Source of the DNA: an uncultured bacterium
GTDB taxonomy: Bacteria > Patescibacteriota > Minisyncoccia > UBA6257 > 2-01-FULL-56-20
NCBI GenBank assembly: GCA_963768625.1
Contig: CAVYIK010000003.1
Coordinates: 64,625 to 128,624 of the forward strand
Length of the DNA stretch: 64,000 nt
Direction: 5' to 3'
A program made the translations under genes and the position numbers. The notes below the pieces were generated by a model that was not told the origin of the DNA, searched no databases, and was given only the letters and a program-made list of their open reading frames with translations. Below, one piece after another: positions 49,347 to 58,089 of this stretch; the stretch's first letter is position 1, and every line of letters starts with the position of its first letter.

Positions 49347-50696
49347 ATGAATGTAATGAATCGAGACGGATTTGCCGCAGTTATTCTCCTATTCGCCGTC
49401 CTCGCACTGGCCGTGATCGGTGGGATTGCCTACGTCCATTATGTATATCTGCCGAAGATAGCGGCGCAGAATAATAATGTCGCGCAACCAACATCAACTT
49501 CTGCCTCATCATCGCTTCCCGCATCAGCGACCCCGATTGCTACCACTACCGCCACGCAAGCGGCCGCAGGATCGAAGGCCTGCGCAGCGAACGATATGAA
49601 TTGTCTCATAGCGGCGGCGGCAAAATGTTCTCCGGCAGCCGTTGAATGGACCGCGACAGTTAATTTCCTAGATGTCTTTACTGAAACCGCACAAAATCAT
49701 CTTGCTTTGAAGGGATTGAGTTCTGCTGGAAAGTGCGCCTTCTCCGAACGAGTTGACGATGTCAGTTTGGCGGTAACGTCCCAGGCCGAACAGCAAGCGA
49801 AAGCACAAGGCGTAACCGATGCGCAAATCCAACAGCAATTGCAGGCGTCGAATGCGCAAGCAAAGCAATCGATAGGCATGACAACCTCATGCACGTTCAC
49901 TACGACCTATCTCGTGCAGATGCTCACTAATTGGCAAAAGGGAAATATTAGCTCAAGCGATCTCACGTCGGAAAATTGTACGGCAACCGATGCGGGCGGC
50001 AAATCCTTGCCGCTTCCCAATGCGAACGGGGTGATATCGATAACGCCCAGTGGCCAAACAGCTCCCCAGCCAGTAGCGACATCCGGAGGGAATCAGGGAT
50101 CTACAAATTACTTCGAAGGGAGCCTAACCGATCTATCAAGGATGGATGTTGTTGTGTCGTCTGGCGATTCGTTGGTGCTTGATCAGCTTGGTTTGACGAT
50201 AAAGGCAACGAGCGTGACTGCGACGACGTTCAGCGGAACAGCGACGAAATCAGGACAGACACAAAGTTTTTCATTGACTGCGGGGAACCAAGTCACTGCA
50301 TTCGGCTACGTCATTACGCTTCACGATATTGAAACCGGAACGCAGTACACCGATATTGCTGGCAAGCAAGTGTCGCTCCTCGCCGGAGCACTACACATAA
50401 CAGCTACCTCCGCCACGACGTCCGGATCCGGAATTACGACGATAACTCTAGGTGCGCCGAGTGATATTACGTCTGGAAATCTTGAATTTAAAGTAAGCTC
50501 TGTTTACGTGAGCCAGATGAGCATGACCGTGGTTAACCATACAACTGACCAGAGCGCTGCTGTAACGCTAAACGTTAATCAACCAATGACGGTGCTGGGC
50601 TATACTATGACTGTAACGGGCATTAAAGATGTCCAGGGAACGAATTCGCTGGGGCAGGCGACATTTTCCAACGAAGCCACTTTAACTTATCAATAA
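49347..50696 (+). CDS. membrane-anchored/secreted Ser/Thr/Ala-rich protein (island cargo)
   Basis: In-frame ATGs at 49347 and 49356 within ORF 48972..50696. N-terminal TM FAAVILLFAVLALAVIGGIAYV. A TACAAT at 49343-48 would favour a leaderless start at 49356. Confidence 0.65.
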   Translation: MNVMNRDGFAAVILLFAVLALAVIGGIAYVHYVYLPKIAAQNNNVAQPTSTSASSSLPASATPIATTTATQAAAGSKACAANDMNCLIAAAAKCSPAAVEWTATVNFLDVFTETAQNHLALKGLSSAGKCAFSERVDDVSLAVTSQAEQQAKAQGVTDAQIQQQLQASNAQAKQSIGMTTSCTFTTTYLVQMLTNWQKGNISSSDLTSENCTATDAGGKSLPLPNANGVISITPSGQTAPQPVATSGGNQGSTNYFEGSLTDLSRMDVVVSSGDSLVLDQLGLTIKATSVTATTFSGTATKSGQTQSFSLTAGNQVTAFGYVITLHDIETGTQYTDIAGKQVSLLAGALHITATSATTSGSGITTITLGAPSDITSGNLEFKVSSVYVSQMSMTVVNHTTDQSAAVTLNVNQPMTVLGYTMTVTGIKDVQGTNSLGQATFSNEATLTYQ

Positions 50697-50709
50697 AATA
50701 ACAGAAACT

Positions 50710-51330
50710 ATGAAAATCATAAATCAAACGACCGATGAGATGGCGCTCAAGGATGGCTCCTTTTCATCGCTCATCATCGGAGCCGTTTTAATTGTCATCG
50801 GTGGATATATAAGCTATTCCACCTATGCTTCCTCTGGCTTTTCCAATAATGCCATCTGGATCGCGGTGGTGATTTTCGCAGCCGGAATCGTAACGATTCT
50901 TTTGAGCAGTTCCATCACGATTGATATCAATAAATCGGGCGGCCAGATAGCGTATCAGAAGAAACGCCTGATTGGTTCTCAATCATCCGCTTACAACGTT
51001 GCGGACGTGCTTCGGGTTGAAACAAGAAAAGCGTGGAAAACAGTTTCTTCCTCGAAAGGAGGATCAAGTCAAGTGCTCGTATCCCAATCGGTAATCGTGC
51101 TTAAGGATGGCCAGGAAGTGCCGCTTGACCATCAGAAGCAATCTTCGGGATTCTCGGGCATTCTTATGAGCGGCCAATCAAAAGAATCCGCAGTCGCCAA
51201 TCAGGTGGCAACATTTCTCGGTGTTCCGTTCCAAGAGATAGCCCCGCCATCTGCCCGTGAGCTTGTGGAAGCTGTCCGCGAAGGCATCGAGGAGGGAATA
51301 GACAAGAGAAAAACCGACCAACAGGGATAA
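50710..51330 (+). CDS. hypothetical membrane protein (island cargo)
   Basis: 206 aa with two N-terminal TM helices, then a soluble domain. Confidence 0.6.
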   Translation: MKIINQTTDEMALKDGSFSSLIIGAVLIVIGGYISYSTYASSGFSNNAIWIAVVIFAAGIVTILLSSSITIDINKSGGQIAYQKKRLIGSQSSAYNVADVLRVETRKAWKTVSSSKGGSSQVLVSQSVIVLKDGQEVPLDHQKQSSGFSGILMSGQSKESAVANQVATFLGVPFQEIAPPSARELVEAVREGIEEGIDKRKTDQQG

Positions 51331-51342
51331 GGGGTGGGCAAA

Positions 51343-51790
51343 TGAGACACCGCCCTGACATGCCATATAGTGTCTCATCTGTCTCATTTACCCGGAAAAG
51401 CCTTATTTTACGGTCATCGACTTTTCGAAATGAGACACGCGTCTGTCTCGTTTGGACACCTGTTTTGTGTCTCAAGGTGTCTCAAATTTTCCGTTTCGGA
51501 CATGTCCGGAATGGCCTTCCGATGTCCGATTTGTCCGATTTGCCGATTTTTGGCACACGGGAATGGCACACTAAAAAGTGCCTATGCAGTGTGCCATTTG
51601 TGCCCTTTTCTCTCAAAATGTTACTCGCCGAAACTGTGTAACATTTGTAACATTTTGGAGCGTTGCACCAGGGATGTTGCATTTCAGGCCCCTCGAAAAT
51701 CCTGAATTTTCAGGCTATAGCCAGCTGCACCGCTCCGGAAACGCCGTTTCCCAAATGTTACACATCACGTTGCATTTGTTGCATGTTACA
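51343..51790. repeat. non-coding tract with five families of short tandem/inverted repeats (iteron-like)
   Basis: GTGTCTCA/TGAGACAC at 51343, 51370, 51431, 51467 and 51477. TGTCCGA/G at 51503, 51523 and 51532. TGGCACAC at 51551 and 51564, inverted at 51589. GTAACATT/ATGTTAC at 51618, 51638, 51647, 51754 and 51783. GTTGCA at 51662, 51676, 51769 and 51778. Palindrome CCTGAATTTTCAGG at 51701-14. Confidence 0.8.
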
Positions 51791-51922
51791 TTTCAATCCA
51801 AAACCCCAGACCGTGAGCCTTCCAAGGGAAATTTGGGGTTGCCCTCAAAAACCCTTATACTGATTGCATAGGGAAAGTCCGCACCCGTGAGGGGGCACAC
51901 TGCCCGAAAGCACACAGCCCCG

Positions 51923-53029
51923 TTACGCTTCCCCACCCAGTTCCTCGAGAAGTTTTTGCGCCTTCGCGCTCAATTTTTTCGGGGCTTTGACGATGAAGTT
52001 CACGAAAAGGTCTCCCCGCCCGTACGAACCGAAATGCGGCATGCCCTCGCCCGGGATGCGGAGATTATCCTTGAGGTTGAAGCCGGCAGGGATCTCCACG
52101 GAGATCTTGCCACCCGAGATGGTAGGCGCTTCTATCTTTTTGCCCAAAAGGAGCTCCACCACTTTCAATTCCTGCGTAACGACGAGGTTCGCGGCATGCC
52201 GTTCAAAGAGATGGTGCGGCTTCACACGTACGCGGACATAGAGGTCGCCTGCGGCGGTGCCTCGCTCCCCTGTCTCACCCATTCCCTTTATCTTGATAAG
52301 CTGGTTGTCCGCAATGCCGGGCAGGAGCTCCACTTTCACTTCGCGGTCAGCGACAATGCGGCCGGAGCCCTTGCAGGCGCCGCATGCTTTCTTCGGCACC
52401 TCGCCCGTCCCGTGGCATTTGGCGCAGACCTTCACCTGCGAGAAATTACCGAAGAACGTCCGGCGCTGTTCGCGGATCTCGCCGCGGCCGTCGCAGGTCG
52501 CGCACTTTTCAAAACCGCTGCCCGCCTCGGCGCCCTTGCCGCCGCATTTCGCGCACTGCGTGAAGGTCCGCAGATGCAAGGTCTTTGTGACGCCGCGGAA
52601 CGCCTCCTCAAGCGTGATCTCCTCGTGCATCTCAAGATCCGACCCGCGCTCGTAGGTCTTCCGGGGCTGGCGTACGCCCATTCCCTCAAAGAAACTTTCG
52701 AAAATGTCCCCGAGGTCGCCCATGTCGCCCATTCCCTGCTGGTCGAAATCAAACCCGAACCCTCCGCCCGGGAAACCGCCGCTCCACTGCTGACCTCCAA
52801 AACCGCCGAATCCGGCGCCCGGCTCCGCTGTCCCGAACCGGTCGTAATTGGTGCGCTTCGCTCTGTCCGATAATATCTGATACGCCTCGTTGATCTCCTT
52901 GAATTTCTTTTCGTCGCCGCCCGGCTTATCCGGATGGTACTGGTGGGCAAGCTTGCGGTACGCCTTTTTTATTTCCTCATCCGAGGCGCTCTTCGTGACC
53001 CCCAAAATGTTGTAATAATCTTTTGGCAT
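51923..53029 (-). CDS. dnaJ: molecular chaperone DnaJ
   Basis: J domain (DYYNILGV...HPDK), a G/F region and four CxxCxGxG zinc motifs. Confidence 0.95.
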   Translation of the reverse strand: MPKDYYNILGVTKSASDEEIKKAYRKLAHQYHPDKPGGDEKKFKEINEAYQILSDRAKRTNYDRFGTAEPGAGFGGFGGQQWSGGFPGGGFGFDFDQQGMGDMGDLGDIFESFFEGMGVRQPRKTYERGSDLEMHEEITLEEAFRGVTKTLHLRTFTQCAKCGGKGAEAGSGFEKCATCDGRGEIREQRRTFFGNFSQVKVCAKCHGTGEVPKKACGACKGSGRIVADREVKVELLPGIADNQLIKIKGMGETGERGTAAGDLYVRVRVKPHHLFERHAANLVVTQELKVVELLLGKKIEAPTISGGKISVEIPAGFNLKDNLRIPGEGMPHFGSYGRGDLFVNFIVKAPKKLSAKAQKLLEELGGEA

Positions 53030-53080
53030 GTTAGCTATGATACTCCACGGGCATTAAAATCCCATGAACCTGCTTTACCG

Positions 53081-54112
53081 TTAATACTGGACGATTTCCT
53101 GTGTCTGCGCGGCTTTCTCGATATGCATGAAGCCGGCGGCAAGGAGGATCTCGTAGACCACGAGCGAAACCAATTGCGCGGCCCAGACGAAAACGACGCC
53201 GATCGTCCGCAGGGCAAGGAACAACACAATCGCCCAAATAAAGATGAACTGGCTCTGGAAACGGTTCCGCCAGCCCGAAAGGGCGGCGACGATGTAGTTA
53301 TAGACCACGGTGCTCATAAGGTCGCTCGGCGCGGGCACTATCCCCGTGGTGTTCGCGACCCCCTGCGCGAGCTGTGTTGACGCCTGCGCAATGGCCGCGT
53401 CCTGGGCCTGCGGACTCAAGGTGGAAAAGGTCGGATTTTTTTGGAGCTCCGATTTCGCCACGTCCCCCGCAAACTGGCCGAACGAACCCGTAAAGGAAAT
53501 GCCGGGATAAAAACCGGAGAGCGATCCTGCGGCCCAGTCAAAGAACGTTTTGAAGTTGGCTTGCGGGAAGAACGTGCCCCGCCCGTCCACCTGCGGCGCA
53601 TAGACAAGGATCATGAAGACGATCGCGGCGGTCACCACCTTTCCGAGCACGTTCCGGCTGATCCTGAAAAATTGCAGTTCCAAGCTGTTGTGCGCTTCGG
53701 AGTGGCTTATGAAATATCCCCATATCAAGACGACGAACGCTACCGCACCCGTAAGGGCGACGATCTGCCAGTCGTCATAAAAGACGAACGGGGCAACGAG
53801 CGCGATCGCTTCCGCAAGGACGATGAACGTCCGCCGCACGATGTTGCGCGCAAGAAAGACCTGCAGGACGGAAAGCGCGGAAAAGACGAAAAATGTCCCG
53901 ATCACGTACCACGGCGAAATGCCGACCGTGAGGTACCGGAAATAGACGTACCCGAACGCGAGCGCCGCAAAGACGCTCAAAAAATCGAGCATGATCGATT
54001 TCCAATAACCCGGCGGCCTGCCGAACGAAACCGTTTTAGTGCTGATCAGGTTTTGATCCGGGATCGGCACTGGAGGCGGCGTCGTTCCCGCCATGATCTG
54101 TCTGAGGTCCAT
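53081..54112 (-). CDS. polytopic membrane protein of unknown function, embedded between dnaK and dnaJ
   Basis: 343 aa with about 8 TM helices. The annotated start overlaps the dnaK 3' end by 77 nt. An alternative start is at 53992 (MLDFLSVF). Confidence 0.65.
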   Translation of the reverse strand: MDLRQIMAGTTPPPVPIPDQNLISTKTVSFGRPPGYWKSIMLDFLSVFAALAFGYVYFRYLTVGISPWYVIGTFFVFSALSVLQVFLARNIVRRTFIVLAEAIALVAPFVFYDDWQIVALTGAVAFVVLIWGYFISHSEAHNSLELQFFRISRNVLGKVVTAAIVFMILVYAPQVDGRGTFFPQANFKTFFDWAAGSLSGFYPGISFTGSFGQFAGDVAKSELQKNPTFSTLSPQAQDAAIAQASTQLAQGVANTTGIVPAPSDLMSTVVYNYIVAALSGWRNRFQSQFIFIWAIVLFLALRTIGVVFVWAAQLVSLVVYEILLAAGFMHIEKAAQTQEIVQY

Positions 54113-55931
54113 TGTCCTTATTATAGAACGCTTGCCCTATTTTTTGTATCTCCGCCGAAAGCGCAGCGGTCGCCGACTGGATCGCCGCAATATCTTCGCC
54201 GTCCTTCACCTTTTTCAACGTTTCCAGCTTTTCCGTAACGCCTGCTTTTATGTCGGCTGGCAATTTATCGCCTGCGTCCTTCATCGATTTTTCCGCAAGG
54301 TATGCGAGCGACTCCGCCTGGTTGCGCGCTTCAATGAGGTCCTTTTTCTTCGCGTCCTCCGCGGCATGCTCGGCCGCTTCTTTCTTCAATTTCTCCACCT
54401 CGTCCTTCGAGAGATTGGTGGATGCTTGGATCTTCACCGACTGCGTCTTCCCGCTCGCTTTATCCTTCGCGGAAACATTCAGGATGCCGTTCGCGTCAAT
54501 ATCGAAGGTGACCTCTACCTGCGGCACGCCGCGGGGCGCAGGCGGGATGCCGTCCAGCATGAACCGCGCCAAGGTCTTATTGTCCGCCGCCATGGGCCGT
54601 TCGCCCTGGGTCACATGCACCTCGACGGACGTCTGGTTATCCGCAGCCGTCGAAAAGACCTGCGTCTTCGCCGTGGGCACCGTCGTGTTCTTCTGGATCA
54701 TCGGCGTCGCCACCGCGCCGTACGTTTCGATCGCAAGCGTGAGCGGCGTCACGTCCAAAAGCAAAATGTCCTTCACGTCTCCCTGCAAGATCCCCGCCTG
54801 CACCGCGGCGCCCACTGCTACCACTTCGTCCGGATTGATCCCCTGGTGCGGATCCTTGCCGAAAAGCTTCTTGACCGCTTCCTGCATCGCGGGCATGCGC
54901 GTCTGGCCACCGACGAGGATCACTTCGTTGATGTCCTCAAACTTGAAACCGGCACCCTTCGGCGCAGGCGCAGTGACGGTCTCCCTCGTAAGCTGGATGG
55001 AACGGTCGATGTATTCCTGGACGAGCGATTCCAATTTCGCCCGCGTGAGCTTCATCAGGAAGTGCTTTGGACCGTTCGCGTCGGATGAAATATACGGGAG
55101 GTTGATCTCCGTCTCCACCGCCGTCGAGAGCTCGTGCTTCGCTTTCTCCGCCGCCTCCTTCAGGCGTTGGAGCGCGAGCGGGTCTTTCGCGATGTCAATC
55201 CCCTCCTGCTTCTTGTATTCGGCGACGAGAAATTCCTGTATCTTTTTGTCAAAATCATCACCGCCCAGGTGCGTGTCGCCGCCGGTCGATTTGACCTCCA
55301 CGACATCGTCCCCCACCTCAAGCACGGATATGTCGAACGTGCCGCCGCCAAAGTCATAAACGACGATCTTTTCGTTCTTTTGTTTGTTAAGGCCGTAGGC
55401 GAGCGCGGCCGCCGTCGGCTCGTTCAATATCCTCCGCACCTTGAGGCCCGCGATCTCGCCGGCATTCTTCGTCGCCTGCCGTTGCGAGTCGTCAAAATAT
55501 GCCGGCACTGTGATCACCGCTTCCTCCACTTTTTCGCCGAGCTTCGCCTCCGCGTCGGCTTTCAATTTGCCGAGGATGAACGCGGATATCTCTTCCGGCG
55601 AATACCACTTGTCGCCCATCTTCACTTCCACGCCGCCCGTTGGGCCTGCTTGCAGCTCGTACGAAAGCCATGCTTTGTCCCGCTGGACCTCCGGGTCCGC
55701 GAACTTGCGGCCCATAAGCCGCTTCACCGAAAAGATGGTGTTCTTCGGGTTCGTCACCGACTGCCGTTTCGCAAGAAGCCCCACGAGCCGCTCGTTTGAC
55801 TTCGATAATGCCACAATGGACGGCGTTGTACGGTTGCCCTCTACATTCTCCAGAATGCGCGGCTCGCCGCCCTCCGTCACCGCGACCGCCGAATTTGTCG
55901 TCCCAAGATCAATGCCCAAAATCTTTGCCAT
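54036..55931 (-). CDS. dnaK: molecular chaperone DnaK (Hsp70)
   Basis: 631 aa with [17 protein letters not shown] and [11 protein letters not shown]. Confidence 0.97.
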   Translation of the reverse strand: MAKILGIDLGTTNSAVAVTEGGEPRILENVEGNRTTPSIVALSKSNERLVGLLAKRQSVTNPKNTIFSVKRLMGRKFADPEVQRDKAWLSYELQAGPTGGVEVKMGDKWYSPEEISAFILGKLKADAEAKLGEKVEEAVITVPAYFDDSQRQATKNAGEIAGLKVRRILNEPTAAALAYGLNKQKNEKIVVYDFGGGTFDISVLEVGDDVVEVKSTGGDTHLGGDDFDKKIQEFLVAEYKKQEGIDIAKDPLALQRLKEAAEKAKHELSTAVETEINLPYISSDANGPKHFLMKLTRAKLESLVQEYIDRSIQLTRETVTAPAPKGAGFKFEDINEVILVGGQTRMPAMQEAVKKLFGKDPHQGINPDEVVAVGAAVQAGILQGDVKDILLLDVTPLTLAIETYGAVATPMIQKNTTVPTAKTQVFSTAADNQTSVEVHVTQGERPMAADNKTLARFMLDGIPPAPRGVPQVEVTFDIDANGILNVSAKDKASGKTQSVKIQASTNLSKDEVEKLKKEAAEHAAEDAKKKDLIEARNQAESLAYLAEKSMKDAGDKLPADIKAGVTEKLETLKKVKDGEDIAAIQSATAALSAEIQKIGQAFYNKDNGPQTDHGGNDAASSADPGSKPDQH

Positions 55932-55962
55932 GTTATTTTTTAATATTTATTTTCGACTGGTT

Positions 55963-56448
55963 TTATTTCGCTTTTGCTACAATGACGCGCGCGGCCCGCA
56001 ATACTTTGTTATGCAATCGGTAGCCGGGCTCTATCTCTTCAACGATCGTCCCGGGCGGCCTTTCCGATTCTATCTCCGTCATCGCCTCCGCGACCGCCGG
56101 ATCGAATGGGTCGCCCGGCTTTATGATTATTTTTTCCAATCCTCGCTTCTTCAAAATGTCCTCTATCTGCGATCGGATAAGGTATACCCCTTTCTCCACC
56201 GGCCCGTTCTTCTCGACCGCGCGGAGGCCCAGGTCGAAGTTATCAAGCACCGTGACAAGGTCCTTGATCAGATCTTCGCTGCCGTACCGCGCCACTTCTT
56301 CCAAATGCGCGAACTCTTCTTTTTTATAATTGATGAAGTCGGCCTTCGCCCGCTGCCAGCCCGCGAGATACTCATCGCGCTGTTTCTCCGCCGCCGCGAG
56401 CTTCTCCCCGAGTCCACCGGCCTCTTCCTTTTTTTCTTCTTCTGCCAT
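55963..56448 (-). CDS. grpE: nucleotide exchange factor GrpE
   Basis: 161 aa with DEYLAGWQRAKADFINYKKE and PGYRLHNKVLRAARV. Confidence 0.9.
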   Translation of the reverse strand: MAEEEKKEEAGGLGEKLAAAEKQRDEYLAGWQRAKADFINYKKEEFAHLEEVARYGSEDLIKDLVTVLDNFDLGLRAVEKNGPVEKGVYLIRSQIEDILKKRGLEKIIIKPGDPFDPAVAEAMTEIESERPPGTIVEEIEPGYRLHNKVLRAARVIVAKAK

Positions 56449-56457
56449 TGCTTTTTA

Positions 56458-57120
56458 TTATAAACTTTTGAATATTTGTATGACCTTTTTATAGTCCATC
56501 CGCTTGGGGCCGATCGCGAACACGGAAATCGTCGCATTCCCGACGCGATAATTCCCAGCGATTACGGAAAGGCTCTCACTCCTCGTGACGGGGCTTTTCT
56601 TGCCAATGAATACCTTTGTCCCTTCTCCTATCCTTTCCGCCGCGCGGGGCAACCGCTCGTCCATCCCTTCAAAGTCGTGTATCACGGAACGGAGTTCCTC
56701 GCGATCTTCAAAATTCAGGCTTTCCACGAGCGCTTCCAGGCCCGTTTTGTATACCGCATCCCTTGTGAGGTCCGCGATAACGCCCAAAAGCCCCAGCTCC
56801 GACGATAGCCGCTCCAAAAGGTCCGGCCATGCCCGCTCCTCAAAGAGGTCGCGCAGGGAGGTCTCCCGCGATTCCGGGGCCGAGGCGAGCATCCGCTTCG
56901 CGAAAAACTCGTAGCCCGCGTCCGTCGGCACCCGTCCCGCCGCATGATGCGGCTGTTCCAAATAGCCCGCGCCTTCGAGCGCATCAAGTTCCAGCCGGAT
57001 CATCGCCGGCCTGATGCCGAAATCATAATGGTCGAAAAGCCAGCCTGAGCTCACGGGTTCGCCCGTCGCGATAAATCCCTGTATGGCCGCTTCCAAAATT
57101 TGTGCCGCCCGTTCGTTCAT
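56458..57120 (-). CDS. hrcA: heat-inducible transcription repressor HrcA (short form)
   Basis: N-terminal wHTH ILEAAIQGFIATGEPVSSGWL...LELDALEGAGYLEQPHHAAGRVPTDAGY. It is the first gene of hrcA-grpE-dnaK. Confidence 0.8.
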   Translation of the reverse strand: MNERAAQILEAAIQGFIATGEPVSSGWLFDHYDFGIRPAMIRLELDALEGAGYLEQPHHAAGRVPTDAGYEFFAKRMLASAPESRETSLRDLFEERAWPDLLERLSSELGLLGVIADLTRDAVYKTGLEALVESLNFEDREELRSVIHDFEGMDERLPRAAERIGEGTKVFIGKKSPVTRSESLSVIAGNYRVGNATISVFAIGPKRMDYKKVIQIFKSL

Positions 57121-57128
57121 CGCTTCCC

Positions 57129-57156
57129 ATTATATGCCTATTGGCAATCATGTCAA
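57129..57156 (-). promoter_or_regulatory. hrcA promoter TTGACA-16-TATAAT, 8 nt upstream of ATG (leaderless-type)
   Basis: Minus strand reads cTTGACAtgattgccaataggcaTATAATgggaagcgATG. Confidence 0.65.
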
Positions 57157-57167
57157 GCGATTGCTAA
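57141..57167. promoter_or_regulatory. CIRCE-like inverted repeat (variant HrcA operator) TTGGCAATC-N9-GATTGCTAA
   Basis: A 9-bp inverted repeat with exact N9 spacing overlaps the hrcA promoter. Compare canonical CIRCE TTAGCACTC-N9-GAGTGCTAA. Confidence 0.6.
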
Positions 57168-57194
57168 TAGCCCGGATATGCTACAATACAAGCA

Positions 57195-58076
57195 ATGAAA
57201 GTAGAGAAGAACAAGAACGTCCGGTGGATCGACATCATGAAGCCGACCACGAAGGACCTTGACTGGCTGGAGGAAAAATTCGACTTGCATCCGGTGATCG
57301 TGGACGAGCTCCGGGGTCCCTCGGTCCGGGCGCGTGCGGAGGCCTATAGGGATTACCTTTTCTTCATCTATTATTTCCCGAAATACGACAAGGACGATGA
57401 GGCGTCGGTGCGGACGGAGATCGACTTCGTTATAACGAAGGGCGCTGTCGTCACGGTGCATTACGAACCGGTGACCGAGGCCTTGAGCGGGTTCCGCATG
57501 ACGGACGAGTCCACATCGCTCGAGCTCATGTGCCATATCGTGCAGCACCTCATCAATTTCGAGGAGCGGCAGCTGCGGCACATCCGCGAAAAAGTGGAGT
57601 CGGTGGGGCGGGAGATCTTCAAGGGGAGAGAAAAGGAAGTGCTGGAGCGGATCACCTACCTGAAGCGCGACGTTTCCGAATATCGCATCGTCGTGCGGCT
57701 CCAGGAACCAATTCTCCATTCGCTCCTCGTAAAGGGCAAAAAGTTCTGGGATGCCGACGCCGAGATCTATCTGAGCGATCTCATGGGCGACCAGCTCAAG
57801 GTGATCAACCAGCTTGAGGACTACCGTGAGGCGATCTCCGACTTTGAAGACACGAACAACCAGCTGATGAACCTCAAGATATCGAGCGTGATGAAGACCT
57901 TCACCTCTCTCTCTTTCCTCACGTTCCCCTTCCTCCTCCTTGCCGCACTCTTCAGCATGAATACGGCAGACACCCCGCTCGTCGGCAGCCCGCACGGCTT
58001 TTGGATCATCTTATGCATTATGGCCGTCGCCATGATCTTCCTTGCTGTCTACTTCAAGAAAAAGGGGTGGTTCTAA
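57195..58076 (+). CDS. corA: CorA-family magnesium/cobalt transporter
   Basis: 293 aa with the VRWIDI N-domain and two C-terminal TM helices. SMN replaces the canonical GMN (LFSMNTADTP). A TACAAT lies 7 nt upstream of the ATG. Confidence 0.8.
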   Translation: MKVEKNKNVRWIDIMKPTTKDLDWLEEKFDLHPVIVDELRGPSVRARAEAYRDYLFFIYYFPKYDKDDEASVRTEIDFVITKGAVVTVHYEPVTEALSGFRMTDESTSLELMCHIVQHLINFEERQLRHIREKVESVGREIFKGREKEVLERITYLKRDVSEYRIVVRLQEPILHSLLVKGKKFWDADAEIYLSDLMGDQLKVINQLEDYREAISDFEDTNNQLMNLKISSVMKTFTSLSFLTFPFLLLAALFSMNTADTPLVGSPHGFWIILCIMAVAMIFLAVYFKKKGWF

Positions 58077-58089
58077 AGATACGGCCCCT

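Larger units (their letters stand above)
47023..51900. mobile_element. putative integrated element (serine-recombinase island) at the 3' end of tRNA-Lys
   Basis: The AT-richer block starts at the tRNA 3' end. It contains a large serine recombinase. A 10-nt direct repeat GGGGGCACAC occurs at 47016-25 (tRNA 3' end) and at 51891-51900. Confidence 0.55.

Noticed and set aside
51331-51890. CRISPR array
   Set aside because: The repeats are only 7-8 nt, belong to several different families and lack regular spacers. No cas genes are nearby.
51887-52873. 328-aa +strand ORF, plus 51987..52241 and 52257..52655
   Set aside because: They are antisense to an intact dnaJ.
54093-56463. Three large +strand ORFs (331, 369 and 340 aa)
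   Set aside because: They are antisense to dnaK and grpE. This is typical shadow-ORF behaviour in GC-rich coding DNA.
57153-57995. 280-aa minus-strand ORF
   Set aside because: It is antisense to corA, which has the expected domain order and TM helices.
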